A stretch of 64,000 nucleotides of DNA from an uncultured Anaerolinea sp. GTDB lineage: Bacteria; Chloroflexota; Anaerolineae; Anaerolineales; Villigracilaceae. Below, in pieces: positions 10,479 to 20,797 of the stretch. The stretch spans positions 294 through 64,293 of the forward strand of contig CAZFDL010000001.1 of the NCBI GenBank assembly GCA_964517905.1, written 5' to 3'. The notes beneath the pieces are model-generated. The model was not told where the DNA came from. It saw nothing but the letters and a program-made list of their open reading frames with translations, and made no database searches. A program made the translations under genes and the position numbers. How positions within the stretch are numbered: the stretch's first letter is position 1; each line of letters opens with the position of its first letter.

Positions 10479-10914
10479 AAACGTACTGGACACTCAACCC
10501 ATTCGCAAACCGACCATCCCAAAGGATGCGACGGTCCTTGTGGTAGAAGATAATGTCGCGAACTTCGTGTTGATCGCGCGCATGCTGGGCTACCTGGGGA
10601 TCCATTGCGAGTGGAAAACCTCCGGGTATGAAGTCGTGGAATACGCGGATACCCTTTCCCGTCTCGATTTAATCCTGATGGATATACGGCTCCCCTACGA
10701 AGATGGCTACGGCGCTTTGAAAAAAATCCGCGCATCTGAAAAATTACGATCGATCCCGATCGTTGCCGTCACAGCAGAGGCCAGTACCGAACAAATGAAC
10801 AAAGCCAGAGACTCGGGTTTTGACGGTTTCCTTGGGAAACCTCTCGATCCCGATAAATTCCCGGATCAAATCCGTCGCATACTAAATGGAGAATCGGTCT
10901 GGGAATTCAGTTAG
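10471..10914 (+). CDS. Single-domain response regulator
   Basis: VVEDN, LILMDIRLP, TAE, FLGKP; ATG at 10471 after AGGAG, 8-nt overlap. Confidence 0.9.
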   Translation: MPENVLDTQPIRKPTIPKDATVLVVEDNVANFVLIARMLGYLGIHCEWKTSGYEVVEYADTLSRLDLILMDIRLPYEDGYGALKKIRASEKLRSIPIVAVTAEASTEQMNKARDSGFDGFLGKPLDPDKFPDQIRRILNGESVWEFS

Positions 10915-10932
10915 ACAACGCAGCGATCCTAC

Positions 10933-13053
10933 ATGAGTGAAAACACACCCGAAGGAACCGCGTTCTTTGTCACGGCTTATTTTGTCGCCAACGCCGACCG
11001 CCTGCAACTCGCCCAATTTTCAGACCCGCGAGAGCGAGAATCGCAGACGACGATGCCGCGCGTCGACGAGCTATCGATTAGCGAGGTTGAAACCCACTTG
11101 AAAGACGGGGTCCTTAGGGTGGATGAATCCGTTGCTACAGCGCTCCCTTCATCTTTGGCTACCTACCCGCGCCAGTTCGATTGCGAGAGCGCCGCCTTCA
11201 TACCGGTTCATCATAACGACAGATTGCAGGGATTGGTGATGGTCGGCGCACGCATGGGTCAGGCGATTCCAAATGGACTGATCGATGCGTTCCGTCGCGC
11301 GATTCGGCTGGCCGTCAATGTGACTGCAAAAGCGGGCACATCCGCTGAGACATTCGCGAACGATCGGCGCGCCCGCGAATCTCGGGCATTGAGTCTGCTC
11401 GCGTCGAATGCGGCAACCGTCAGTGATTTACGGACGTTTTACTCCTCGGTCCACGATCAGTTCCGAAGTGTGATCGGTGATTACAGTTTTGTGATCGCAC
11501 AGTACGACGCGAGCACTAATTCTATCGGGATCCCCTACTTATTTGAAGACGGTCGGTTCTCATCCCTGGATCCTTTCCCGCTCGGGGAAGGATTAACATC
11601 GCTCCTCATTCGAACCAAAGAGCCTTTGCTGCTAGTGGAGGATACGGAGAAACGTGCGATTGCCATGGGTGCAAAAATCTCTGGTAAGCCGGCAAAATCG
11701 TGGATGGGTGTTCCCCTGTTAGCGCGTGGCGAAGCCATCGGCGCCATCATCGTTCAGCACCTCGACAAAGAACTCGCCTTCAATGAGGACGATCTTCACT
11801 TCGCAACGAGCGTCGCGAATCAAATCGCTGGCACCATTCACAACATCCGCCTCCTACAGGCAAGTCAACAGCTTGCCCTGCAATTTGAAACGGCTGCTGA
11901 AATCGCACGCGACATCAGCGGTTCGCTAAACCTGGATGAACTTCTGCTCAAGGCTGTCGAGTTGATCCGCTCGAGGTTTCATTTCTATCACGCCGCCGTC
12001 CTGCTAAAAGACCTGCCCGGTGAATACGTTGTGGTGCGCGAAGCGACTGGCGAAGCGGGGGCACAACTCAAGCGGTCAGGTTTCAAATTGCAAGTGGGAT
12101 CGAGATCGATCATCGGCTCTGTGGCTGACAAAGGTGAGGTCCTGGTCGCAAACGATGTAACCCGTGATTCGTTCTATCTGGCCCATCCCTCGTTGCCTGA
12201 TACCAAATCCGAAGCCGCCATCCCGTTGAAAGTCGGCGATCGAATTCTCGGCGCGCTTGATGTGCAGAGTGACCGAGCGTACGCGTTCTCGAGTGATAAC
12301 TTGCGCATCCTCCAGATCCTTGCGGATCAATTGGCAATTGCAGTCATCAACACCGAATTATTCGCCGAAACACAGGAACATCTCGCACAGCACCGATTGC
12401 TCCATCACATCACCACCACCGCGGCCTCAGGAACCACACTGGATGATGCGCTCCGCTCCGCGGTGAACGGCCTACAGGTTACTTTGGGGGGCGATCGGGT
12501 GGCCATCCTGCTGATCGATCGGGAGAAAAAGAATCTCGAAGTCAAGGCAGCGGTGGGATATTCGGAGGACGTGTACCGGAGCGCGATTCCCATTGGCAGC
12601 GGCATCACCGGCTGGAGCGCCTTACATCGGCGCCCTTTACGCGTAAACAACGTACTGCTGGATTCGCGCTACATCGAAGCAAGTTCCAACACACGATCAG
12701 AGCTAGCAATCCCTCTGATGTATCGCGGCGAACTTCTGGGCGTACTCAATGTGGAAAGCGAAATCGTCTCGGCGTACGCCGAGAATGACGAGGAACTCCT
12801 GGGCACGTTGGGTGGCAGTCTAGCGGCTATTATCGCGAACGCGCGGCTGCTCGAACAGATCCGCTCACAAGCCGAACGCGAACGGGTGCTCTTCGAGATC
12901 ACAGACAAAATTCGACGTACAACCGATATGCAAACTATCATTGCCACTACCGCCAGTGAGCTAGCCCGCGCCGTCGGAGCTAGTGGTGCACGAATCAAAC
13001 TCGGAGCCGACCCATTAAATACCCCTCATCGAACGGGAGGCAACGATGAATAG
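10933..13053 (+). CDS. Soluble multi-GAF protein (about four GAFs) ending in an N-terminal half-GAF tail; no output domain
   Basis: Repeated GAF motifs (SWMGVPL..IGAIIVQ, SEAAIPL..LGALDVQS, SELAIPL..LGVLNVES); no TM segment; ends RERVLFEITDKIRRTTDMQTIIATTASELARAVGASGARIKL. Confidence 0.85.
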   Translation: MSENTPEGTAFFVTAYFVANADRLQLAQFSDPRERESQTTMPRVDELSISEVETHLKDGVLRVDESVATALPSSLATYPRQFDCESAAFIPVHHNDRLQGLVMVGARMGQAIPNGLIDAFRRAIRLAVNVTAKAGTSAETFANDRRARESRALSLLASNAATVSDLRTFYSSVHDQFRSVIGDYSFVIAQYDASTNSIGIPYLFEDGRFSSLDPFPLGEGLTSLLIRTKEPLLLVEDTEKRAIAMGAKISGKPAKSWMGVPLLARGEAIGAIIVQHLDKELAFNEDDLHFATSVANQIAGTIHNIRLLQASQQLALQFETAAEIARDISGSLNLDELLLKAVELIRSRFHFYHAAVLLKDLPGEYVVVREATGEAGAQLKRSGFKLQVGSRSIIGSVADKGEVLVANDVTRDSFYLAHPSLPDTKSEAAIPLKVGDRILGALDVQSDRAYAFSSDNLRILQILADQLAIAVINTELFAETQEHLAQHRLLHHITTTAASGTTLDDALRSAVNGLQVTLGGDRVAILLIDREKKNLEVKAAVGYSEDVYRSAIPIGSGITGWSALHRRPLRVNNVLLDSRYIEASSNTRSELAIPLMYRGELLGVLNVESEIVSAYAENDEELLGTLGGSLAAIIANARLLEQIRSQAERERVLFEITDKIRRTTDMQTIIATTASELARAVGASGARIKLGADPLNTPHRTGGNDE

Positions 13054-14989
13054 GGTTCTGGCTTGGTGGCGCTCCCGCCGGCGATACGACGGCAGACAAT
13101 TGATCCTTGCTATCGCATCGGCGCAGGTCATCGCACTATTGGGCGCAATTCCCGGGTTGCTATCCATTGCGTTCAATGCGGATTTCAACGAGGCACAGAT
13201 AATTTCCTTATGGCGGGTAATGCCGGTAATGTTTTTCCTCAGCCTGGCTTCGACTTTGTACCTCGGTTGGCGAATTTCTCCTGCTGCAAGAAAACGACTG
13301 GATGACATTGCCAATGAAAGAGGTGGTTTCGACTCTCGGGCCGAGTTCGATGCCTGGCGCGAAGCGACGAGCCTTACCGGCAGACTCGGTCTATCCGCAG
13401 GGTTCCTTTTCTTTGCACTGGGGATTGTTCCGGCAATCATCCTGACAGCATCGCAGGGCACGGCTGTCTCATCGCCCTTTCAACCCACGTCGATCAGTTC
13501 GCCAATTCCGATCTACATCTTCATGGGTGGAACTGCATCCATATTGGGTTGGAGCGTGTTGTTTGTCTTGTTGATGGACCGCTTCACGCGCCCCTTGAGG
13601 CTGTTGCTCGTTCCCTCGGATTTTCAGACTCAGGTGGCGGGCCGCGCCGGGGCGCTGGTGGTCGGCAAATTTCTTGTCTTGATCCTCGCACTGATCTCAA
13701 TCGCCATCCTGCTTATCGCGCCTATCGGCTTTCAGCAAACTGTACGTATTCTATACGCCGAAGTAAGTTCACTCGACGTGTTCAGCGATCTGCGCAGTCA
13801 ATCCATTCTGTTCAGTGTACTGGCATTGATCCTGGGAGTCGGATATTCGTATTACGTGTCAAGGTCCATCTCTGACCCGATCAATGAACTGATCGAAACT
13901 TTTAATAAAGCCGAGCTTGGCGACCTTTCCGTGCGTGCGCCAGTCAGCGCTACAGACGAATTGGGGATCGTAACAATGCACTTCAACCGCACCATGACGC
14001 GGCTTGAGGCTCTCCAAAATACGCTGGAAAACCAGGTGGCTGAACGCACGAAACTCCTCGAGGCTTCGAACGAGGTCGGACGCGTAGCCGCCTCCAGCCT
14101 CGACCCCGATGAAATGCTGGCGCGCGTGATCAATCTCTTCACCGAGCAATTCGGATATTATTTCGCGGCTATTTATCTGCTTGACCCGAGCGAAAAATGG
14201 GCTGAGATTCGCGAAGCCACCGGGGAGATCGGAAAACTTCTCAAGCAGAATCATCAGCGGCATGAAGTCTCCGGCAGGAGCATGGTCGGAAGCGCCATCA
14301 GGGAGAAAGTCGCCAAGATCGCTCAAATTGCATCGGAGGAGCGGAATCGTTATCAGAATCCGCTGTTGCCGTACACACGCTCCGAGATTGCCCTCCCCCT
14401 CCTGGCTGGCGATCGGGTACTAGGTGCGCTCGACGTGCAATCCATGAAAGAATCCGATTTCACTCCGGATGTGATCAGAACGATGCAAAGCATGGCGAGC
14501 CATGTCGCGATCGCACTCGAGAATGCCCGTCTATATCAGGAGGCGCAGCAGAACATCCGAGAGATGCGGGCGATCCAAAAGCAGTATCTTTTGACCGGTT
14601 GGAGTGGGATTTCCAATCCGGTGGAAGATCTGGAATATGGAGTAGGCGACGAACCTGAAGAGGGCGCAAGACAGATCGAAGTTCCGATCAGCCTGCGCGA
14701 CCAGATCCTCGGACAAATCCGGATCGAGAACCCAGAAGCATGGACGCCAGAACAGGAAAATCTCGTCAACGCGGTCGCAGCGCAAGCCGCCGTCGCTCTT
14801 GAGAATGCAAGGCTGGTCAGCGAATCCCGGCAGACCGCAATCCGGGAACGCATGCTGACTGAGATTAACTCGAAAATATGGTCATCGCCCACGATTGAGG
14901 GGATTCTTCAAACTGCCGCGAAGGAACTTGGCAGAAGGCTGGATGCGTCCCGCGCCACCATCGAGCTTAAGCTCGAAGGGGACAAGTAG
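13046..14989 (+). CDS. Sensor 1: multi-TM, HAMP, GAF, split-GAF tail
   Basis: About six hydrophobic segments, HAMP (PINEL..GDL..DELG..FNR), GAF (FGYYF..TRSEIALPL..LDVQS), conserved tail. Confidence 0.88.
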   Translation: MNRVLAWWRSRRRYDGRQLILAIASAQVIALLGAIPGLLSIAFNADFNEAQIISLWRVMPVMFFLSLASTLYLGWRISPAARKRLDDIANERGGFDSRAEFDAWREATSLTGRLGLSAGFLFFALGIVPAIILTASQGTAVSSPFQPTSISSPIPIYIFMGGTASILGWSVLFVLLMDRFTRPLRLLLVPSDFQTQVAGRAGALVVGKFLVLILALISIAILLIAPIGFQQTVRILYAEVSSLDVFSDLRSQSILFSVLALILGVGYSYYVSRSISDPINELIETFNKAELGDLSVRAPVSATDELGIVTMHFNRTMTRLEALQNTLENQVAERTKLLEASNEVGRVAASSLDPDEMLARVINLFTEQFGYYFAAIYLLDPSEKWAEIREATGEIGKLLKQNHQRHEVSGRSMVGSAIREKVAKIAQIASEERNRYQNPLLPYTRSEIALPLLAGDRVLGALDVQSMKESDFTPDVIRTMQSMASHVAIALENARLYQEAQQNIREMRAIQKQYLLTGWSGISNPVEDLEYGVGDEPEEGARQIEVPISLRDQILGQIRIENPEAWTPEQENLVNAVAAQAAVALENARLVSESRQTAIRERMLTEINSKIWSSPTIEGILQTAAKELGRRLDASRATIELKLEGDK

Positions 14990-14992
14990 GGT

Positions 14993-16864
14993 ATGAACAT
15001 CAACCGCTATCCCACCCTGCGAACCCGACTCGCTGTAGTGTTAATCCTACTTGCGGCCGCATTTGCGGCAGGCATTTCCATTGTGCAATACCGAAATTTC
15101 CGCGCGGAATTGCGTGAGAGCCTGCGCCACCGACTTGAAAATATCGCCACGCTCGCCAGCCTGCAACAGGACGGCGACCTGCTCAACGGAGTGCAAGCAC
15201 AAGGCGATCAAAACTTCCAAATTATTCACGAACGCAATCTAAGAATCAAACTTTCCGAACCCGAATTGAAATTCGTGTACACAATGCGAAAGAGGGACGA
15301 AGGAATAATGTTCGTGGTAGACGCCGGTTCGCCGGGCGAACCCGACATTTCAATGTATGGCGATTTTTACGAGGAACCAAGCCAGACCCTGGTGAAGAGT
15401 TTCGACTCTATGACTGGAACGATCGTTGAGCCAGAGATCTACACCGATGAATTCGGTTCTTTCCTGTCGGCGTATGCCCCGATCTTCACTTCAAACGGAC
15501 AGTTTGCCGGCGTGCTGGGCGTCGATATTTCGGCAAATACCATCCTGGCTCAAGAACGCGCGTTTCGCAACCGACTCATCGTGATCGATCTGATTGCCCT
15601 CGTCCTCATCGTACTGGTGGGCATCATTGTTTCCGATTACCTGGCGAAACCCATCGTTCGGTTGCGGGATGCCGCAAACCGAATTAGCAATGGGGAACTC
15701 ACTCACCGTATTACAAAGATCCCTGCGATTCGCGAACTGGCTCAACTCGCTGTAGACTTCAACGCCATGACCACCAATCTGAGCGGTTTGATCACGGATC
15801 TCGAACGCCGCGTGACGGAACGCACCGAAGATATCCTGCGGAAAACGGAACAACTGCGCGCAGCGTCCTACATCGCGCGTCAGACTGCGGAGGTGCAGGA
15901 TCTGCACGAGCTGCTCGATAGGGTGGTCCATCTGGTTACCGACCAATTCGGTTACTATCACACAGGTGTTTTTCTGGTCAACGAATCAGGCGACTCCGTC
16001 ACCCTGCTCACCGCGTCTTCCGCAGGCGGCAAGCGAATGGTGGAAAAGGGTCATTCACTTCGGGTGGGGACGCAGGGGATCGTAGGTTACGTCGCCGCCC
16101 AGAAGAAACCCCGCTTCGCTCTCGACGTGGGTATGGACGCCGTTTTTTTCAACAATCCCGACCTCCCCCTCACTCGCTCTGAAATCGCACTGCCATTGCT
16201 CGTACATGAAAGACTTCTCGGAGTCCTGGACATACAGTCCGATAAACCTGGTGCGTTCAGCCTTCAAGACGTCGATGTGCTGGCGACCCTTGCCGATCAA
16301 CTGGCGGTAGCCATCGACAAAGCCCAATTACTCGAGGCTTCACAGGCGGCATTCGCCCAGCTCGAGGCGCTTACAACTATTCGCACACGTGAGGCATGGA
16401 GTCAAAAGCTGAAGGAAAGAGAGCGTGTTGTCACTTACACGCCTCTGGGCATGCGAGCCGAAAAAGTTCCGGGCAACGAATCCAACGCGCTCACGGTCCC
16501 GATTTCCCTTCGCGGTCAACACATAGGAACGATCTCCATCGCGCGCAAAGGCAACGCAGAATGGAGCCGGCATGACGAAGAGATGATTCGCGAAATCGCC
16601 ATTCAGACCGGACTGGCGGTGGATAATATCCGGCTTCTTGAAGAGGCCACTCAGCGTGCAAAACAGGAACAGACCGTCGGAGAACTTGCATTCCGTTTCA
16701 GTCAGGCGATGGATATGGATTCGCTCCTCCAAACTGCCGCCCGAGAATTAGGTCAGCTTCCCGGAATCGACGAAACCAGTATCTATCTCGGTCCACCCGA
16801 TTCGTCTGATGAGCCGACACCCTCCAATGGCGGGGCGGGATCGTCACGGAGGACGCGCTCATGA
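14993..16864 (+). CDS. Sensor 2: two TMs with extracytoplasmic Cache/PDC-like domain, HAMP, GAF, split-GAF tail
   Basis: YTDEFGSFLSAYAPI..GVLGVD, HAMP, GAF, tail. Confidence 0.88.
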   Translation: MNINRYPTLRTRLAVVLILLAAAFAAGISIVQYRNFRAELRESLRHRLENIATLASLQQDGDLLNGVQAQGDQNFQIIHERNLRIKLSEPELKFVYTMRKRDEGIMFVVDAGSPGEPDISMYGDFYEEPSQTLVKSFDSMTGTIVEPEIYTDEFGSFLSAYAPIFTSNGQFAGVLGVDISANTILAQERAFRNRLIVIDLIALVLIVLVGIIVSDYLAKPIVRLRDAANRISNGELTHRITKIPAIRELAQLAVDFNAMTTNLSGLITDLERRVTERTEDILRKTEQLRAASYIARQTAEVQDLHELLDRVVHLVTDQFGYYHTGVFLVNESGDSVTLLTASSAGGKRMVEKGHSLRVGTQGIVGYVAAQKKPRFALDVGMDAVFFNNPDLPLTRSEIALPLLVHERLLGVLDIQSDKPGAFSLQDVDVLATLADQLAVAIDKAQLLEASQAAFAQLEALTTIRTREAWSQKLKERERVVTYTPLGMRAEKVPGNESNALTVPISLRGQHIGTISIARKGNAEWSRHDEEMIREIAIQTGLAVDNIRLLEEATQRAKQEQTVGELAFRFSQAMDMDSLLQTAARELGQLPGIDETSIYLGPPDSSDEPTPSNGGAGSSRRTRS

Positions 16865-19050
16865 TCCTCACCCGGAAACTGATCCTGCCTGCCGCGATCA
16901 TCTTCGCGATTTTTCTTGCAGGGTTATTCATCTATTTCTTTGTCAGCTTGCATGATGCATATCACGAGGCGGAGGAAGGCCGTCTCGCTGAACTCTCCAA
17001 TTCATTTGCCGTGGAGACCGAGCACCAAATGCAGGTTGCGCTGACCCTTGCCCGAACTGCCGCAGACAATCCCGCGATTCAGGAAGCGTTTGCCCGCCGC
17101 AATCAGCAAGAATTGCTTGGGTTGGTCGTACCGGGATACTCCATGCTTCAAGACACTGGGGTGCTCGTTTCACAAAACCGTTATTTCCTGCCCGACGGTA
17201 ATGTATTCTTCAGCTCCGATGAGGCTGGTGTCGATAACGAAAGCCCAAGCTCTTCGGTATTACAGGCAATTAAGGATCAGAGTTCGTTCGCTGGCCTGGA
17301 GGTTGACAATGGTACGCTCGTGATGCGCGGCATCGCTCCGATCTACTTCGAGAATTCATATGTGGGTTCGGTTGAATTTCAAATTGGACTGACACCCGCG
17401 ATGCTTCAAAGTATGGAGGAAAAATACGACGCAGATTGGCGGATCTTACTGTCCAAGGAATTTGTACAGAACGCTCCGACGATCGAGGCAGGACCCAACG
17501 ACGATCTTTGGGTGATCTCGAGCACTGCAGGCGCGAAATTATTTAACACGCCGGAGAGTTACGAGCAAGCGCTGGACGGATCCCTGTCGATCACGCATCC
17601 CAGCCAGGATGGCCGCGATTACGCGCTGCAATCCTCGCCGATCCATGATTACTCCGGCCGGACCATCGGTGTTCTCGATATTATCTATGACCACACACAC
17701 ATTTCCGCATCCCAAAACACGCGCCTGGTCTTTGCAGCACTCGCGAGCATGCTCGTGTTACTTCTTGGTTTGCTGGCATTGTTCCTGCTAATTCGCCGCA
17801 CTTTGCAGCCCATTCAGATGCTGACCATTGCGGCTTCGGAGATTTCACAGGGCAATCCGATGGCCTACGTTAACATCAGGGCTGAAAGTGACGAGATCGG
17901 GATCTTGATCGATGCATTTAACCGCATGACATCCCAACTTCGAGGCTCAATCAGTGACCTTGAGCAACGCGTTTCAGAACGCACCCATGAACTGGAGGAG
18001 CAGTCGAAACGGCTTCGTTTGGCGGCAGAGATCTCGCAAAACTCACTATCGGCAAACCGGCTTGACGAGTTGCTCGACCGTTCTGCCCGATTGATACTCG
18101 AGCGCTTTAATTACCATCATCTCGGTATTTTTCTCATCGACACGGAAAACGAATACGCCTCCCTGGTTGCCTCACCTACCGACGCCGGCAGGCAGTTGAT
18201 CGACTCCCGTCATCGAATCAGGATCGGAGATACAAGTCTTGTTGGGCGTGCGGCGGCGACCGCCGAACCGCAAATCGCATCCGGAGCGGAGCTGGGTTCT
18301 GATCCGGTGACGAACAGCTTATTGCCCGAGACACGCTCTGAATTGACACTACCGTTAAAAGTTGAAGAGCGCGTCATTGGTATCCTCGATATTCATAGCA
18401 CATCCTCGCATGCATTCAAGCCGGAAGATGTATCGGTCATGTTGGTGCTGGCAGACCAACTCGCAGGTGCCATCGAACGGACGCGGCTCCTGGAAGAATC
18501 ATCCAACACGTTGAAGGAACTCGAACGCGCTTACGGTCGAATCACACGCACGGGTTGGCAGAAATTCGTAGCCAGCGGACGGATCCGCACCAAAGGTTAT
18601 CGCTTTGACAACATCCGTCTCGAACCGGTGAGACAGCTCTCCGCTCCCGGCTGGGAAGCGCTCAAGAAGGGCGACACGGTCATCTCCAATGGAGACGGAA
18701 CAAAACAGGAAGTGGCCATACCGATCAAATTCCGCGGCCAGACCATTGGTGTTGTCCACGCGAAGCTTCGGGAGGGCTACGGAGACAGTGCCATTTCCAC
18801 TTTGGAGCTCGCGGTAGATCGACTGGCTTCGTCATTGGAAAGCGCCCGCCTTTATGAAGAAGCAAGACTCCGTGCCGACCGCGAACAGACGATTGCACAG
18901 GTAACCTCGGCGATCAGTACTTCGAGCGACTACGAAACGATACTGCGGACCACGGTACGAGAGGTCGGTCAGGTATTGCCAGACACTGAAATTGGAATAC
19001 AAATTCTGGGCGATATCACCGCGCCAAGCACCAGCCAGGAGAAGAACTAA
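16861..19050 (+). CDS. Sensor 3: two TMs with extracytoplasmic double-Cache-like domain, HAMP, GAF, split-GAF tail
   Basis: RGIAPI..VGSVEF and PIHDYSGRTIGVL; HAMP; GAF; ATGA overlap. Confidence 0.88.
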   Translation: MILTRKLILPAAIIFAIFLAGLFIYFFVSLHDAYHEAEEGRLAELSNSFAVETEHQMQVALTLARTAADNPAIQEAFARRNQQELLGLVVPGYSMLQDTGVLVSQNRYFLPDGNVFFSSDEAGVDNESPSSSVLQAIKDQSSFAGLEVDNGTLVMRGIAPIYFENSYVGSVEFQIGLTPAMLQSMEEKYDADWRILLSKEFVQNAPTIEAGPNDDLWVISSTAGAKLFNTPESYEQALDGSLSITHPSQDGRDYALQSSPIHDYSGRTIGVLDIIYDHTHISASQNTRLVFAALASMLVLLLGLLALFLLIRRTLQPIQMLTIAASEISQGNPMAYVNIRAESDEIGILIDAFNRMTSQLRGSISDLEQRVSERTHELEEQSKRLRLAAEISQNSLSANRLDELLDRSARLILERFNYHHLGIFLIDTENEYASLVASPTDAGRQLIDSRHRIRIGDTSLVGRAAATAEPQIASGAELGSDPVTNSLLPETRSELTLPLKVEERVIGILDIHSTSSHAFKPEDVSVMLVLADQLAGAIERTRLLEESSNTLKELERAYGRITRTGWQKFVASGRIRTKGYRFDNIRLEPVRQLSAPGWEALKKGDTVISNGDGTKQEVAIPIKFRGQTIGVVHAKLREGYGDSAISTLELAVDRLASSLESARLYEEARLRADREQTIAQVTSAISTSSDYETILRTTVREVGQVLPDTEIGIQILGDITAPSTSQEKN

Positions 19051-19051
19051 C

Positions 19052-20797
19052 ATGCGCGGCACAATCACAAAATGGTTTGCCCCTCCTGTGTTCGAGTCGG
19101 ATGAGGAAAAAACCCGTCTCGCGGGCTTACTGAACTCGATTCTTCTTTTCATGGCGGTCGCCACGTTGCTAGCGACACCATTCCTGTTGGCTTCGACGGA
19201 TTCAGGCGATCGGTTGACTTTGTCGATCCTGCTGGCACCATTCCTGTTGATCAATGCCGGGGCTTTCATGTTCATGCGCCGCGGATACGTTTCCGCCGCA
19301 TCCTACATGTTCCTCTTCAGTCTTGGAGTTGCGATCTTTGGCGCATACGCTTTCAGCACAGCCGAGAGTTCAAGCTCCTTGCTGGCGATCATGATCGTGC
19401 TCGCTTTTACCAACGCCTTGTTGGGCGGCCGAGCCATCCTTCGTCTCGTCGGCTTCGTGATCATCTTCACCTTTGCTGTGACCATCGGCCAGATTCAGGG
19501 GTGGCTTGTACCGGTGTTTGCCCGCGCTGCCGACCCGATCGGCATTTGGCTAACCAGCGCTCTGGTTTTTGTACTCACCGGTCTCGGCATTTATCTTTCT
19601 TCAATCGGTTTCAAACAAGCGTTGGATAAAGCAAACGACACCAGAAGAGCACTGCTAGCCACTAACCAGGAATTGGCCACTTTGCAGAAAGCGCTCGAGA
19701 CACGTGACAAAGAACGCACCGTCGAGCTCGAAAAACGCGCCATTTACCTACAGGCGGTTTCGAACCTGGCAAATGCCACCGCATCCATGCAGGATATCGA
19801 CACTCTTCTGCCCGACGTCACGAATCTCGTGAGTGAACGATTTGGGTTTTACCACGCGGGCATTTTCCTTGTAGATGAGAAGAATGGATTTGCCGTCCTG
19901 CAAGCTGCGAACAGCGAGGGTGGCAAACGGATGCTGGATCGCCAACACAAAGTTCCCCTGGACACAAACAGCATGGTCGGTTTCGCTGCATCTCTCGGAC
20001 AGCCTCGCGTCTCCCTCGACGTGGTGTCAGACTCGGTTTATTTCAGCAACCCAGACCTCCCCAACACCCGGTCGGAAATGGCACTCCCCCTTCTTGCGGG
20101 AAACCGCGTGATCGGCGTCCTCGACGTGCAAAGTACTCACCACAACGCCTTCACAAAAACTGACATTGATGTGTTGGCGATCCTTGCCAACCAGGTGGCG
20201 ATAGCGATCGAGAACGCCCGTTTGTTCAGGGAAGCCAGAGCTGCCCTCGCAGAGTCGCAAGAGACGGTCGATAAGTATGTCCGACAGGAATGGAAGAGTT
20301 TCAGCCGCCAGATGCGACAGAATGGCTTCACCTTCGACGGCCGGCAAGTTACCCCCCTTCTCACACCCGGCCAGTCGGAGCGTGCGCGGCACATTGCGCA
20401 GACCGGAAGACTGAGCCTCGAAAAAGCCTCCGCAAATATCTCCATACCGATCAAATTGCGCGGGCAAACCATTGGCATACTCGAAGCAAGACCAAGACGA
20501 GGCCAACGGGAATGGACTGACGACGAGATCGCCCTGCTCGAAGCCGCCGCGGATCGCGCCGCCGTGGCGCTTGAGAACGCGCGTCTGGTTGAAACCGCAC
20601 AGCGCCGCGCTTCCCGCGAGCGCGCCATTGGCGAGATCGCAGCAAGAATCGGAACCGTGAGTGAGAGGAATCTAATTCTTCAAGCCGCTGTGGAGGGGCT
20701 TGGACGCAAGATAGGTAACTCCGAGATCATTATTGAGCTGGATACTCACATTGAGGACTCTTTCGATTCGAAAGGGGCATTGAATAATGTGGATTAG
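19052..20797 (+). CDS. Sensor 4: PPVF-type multi-TM domain, coiled coil, GAF, split-GAF tail
   Basis: ATG at 19052 after AGGAG; about six TMs; GAF; tail. Confidence 0.88.
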   Translation: MRGTITKWFAPPVFESDEEKTRLAGLLNSILLFMAVATLLATPFLLASTDSGDRLTLSILLAPFLLINAGAFMFMRRGYVSAASYMFLFSLGVAIFGAYAFSTAESSSSLLAIMIVLAFTNALLGGRAILRLVGFVIIFTFAVTIGQIQGWLVPVFARAADPIGIWLTSALVFVLTGLGIYLSSIGFKQALDKANDTRRALLATNQELATLQKALETRDKERTVELEKRAIYLQAVSNLANATASMQDIDTLLPDVTNLVSERFGFYHAGIFLVDEKNGFAVLQAANSEGGKRMLDRQHKVPLDTNSMVGFAASLGQPRVSLDVVSDSVYFSNPDLPNTRSEMALPLLAGNRVIGVLDVQSTHHNAFTKTDIDVLAILANQVAIAIENARLFREARAALAESQETVDKYVRQEWKSFSRQMRQNGFTFDGRQVTPLLTPGQSERARHIAQTGRLSLEKASANISIPIKLRGQTIGILEARPRRGQREWTDDEIALLEAAADRAAVALENARLVETAQRRASRERAIGEIAARIGTVSERNLILQAAVEGLGRKIGNSEIIIELDTHIEDSFDSKGALNNVD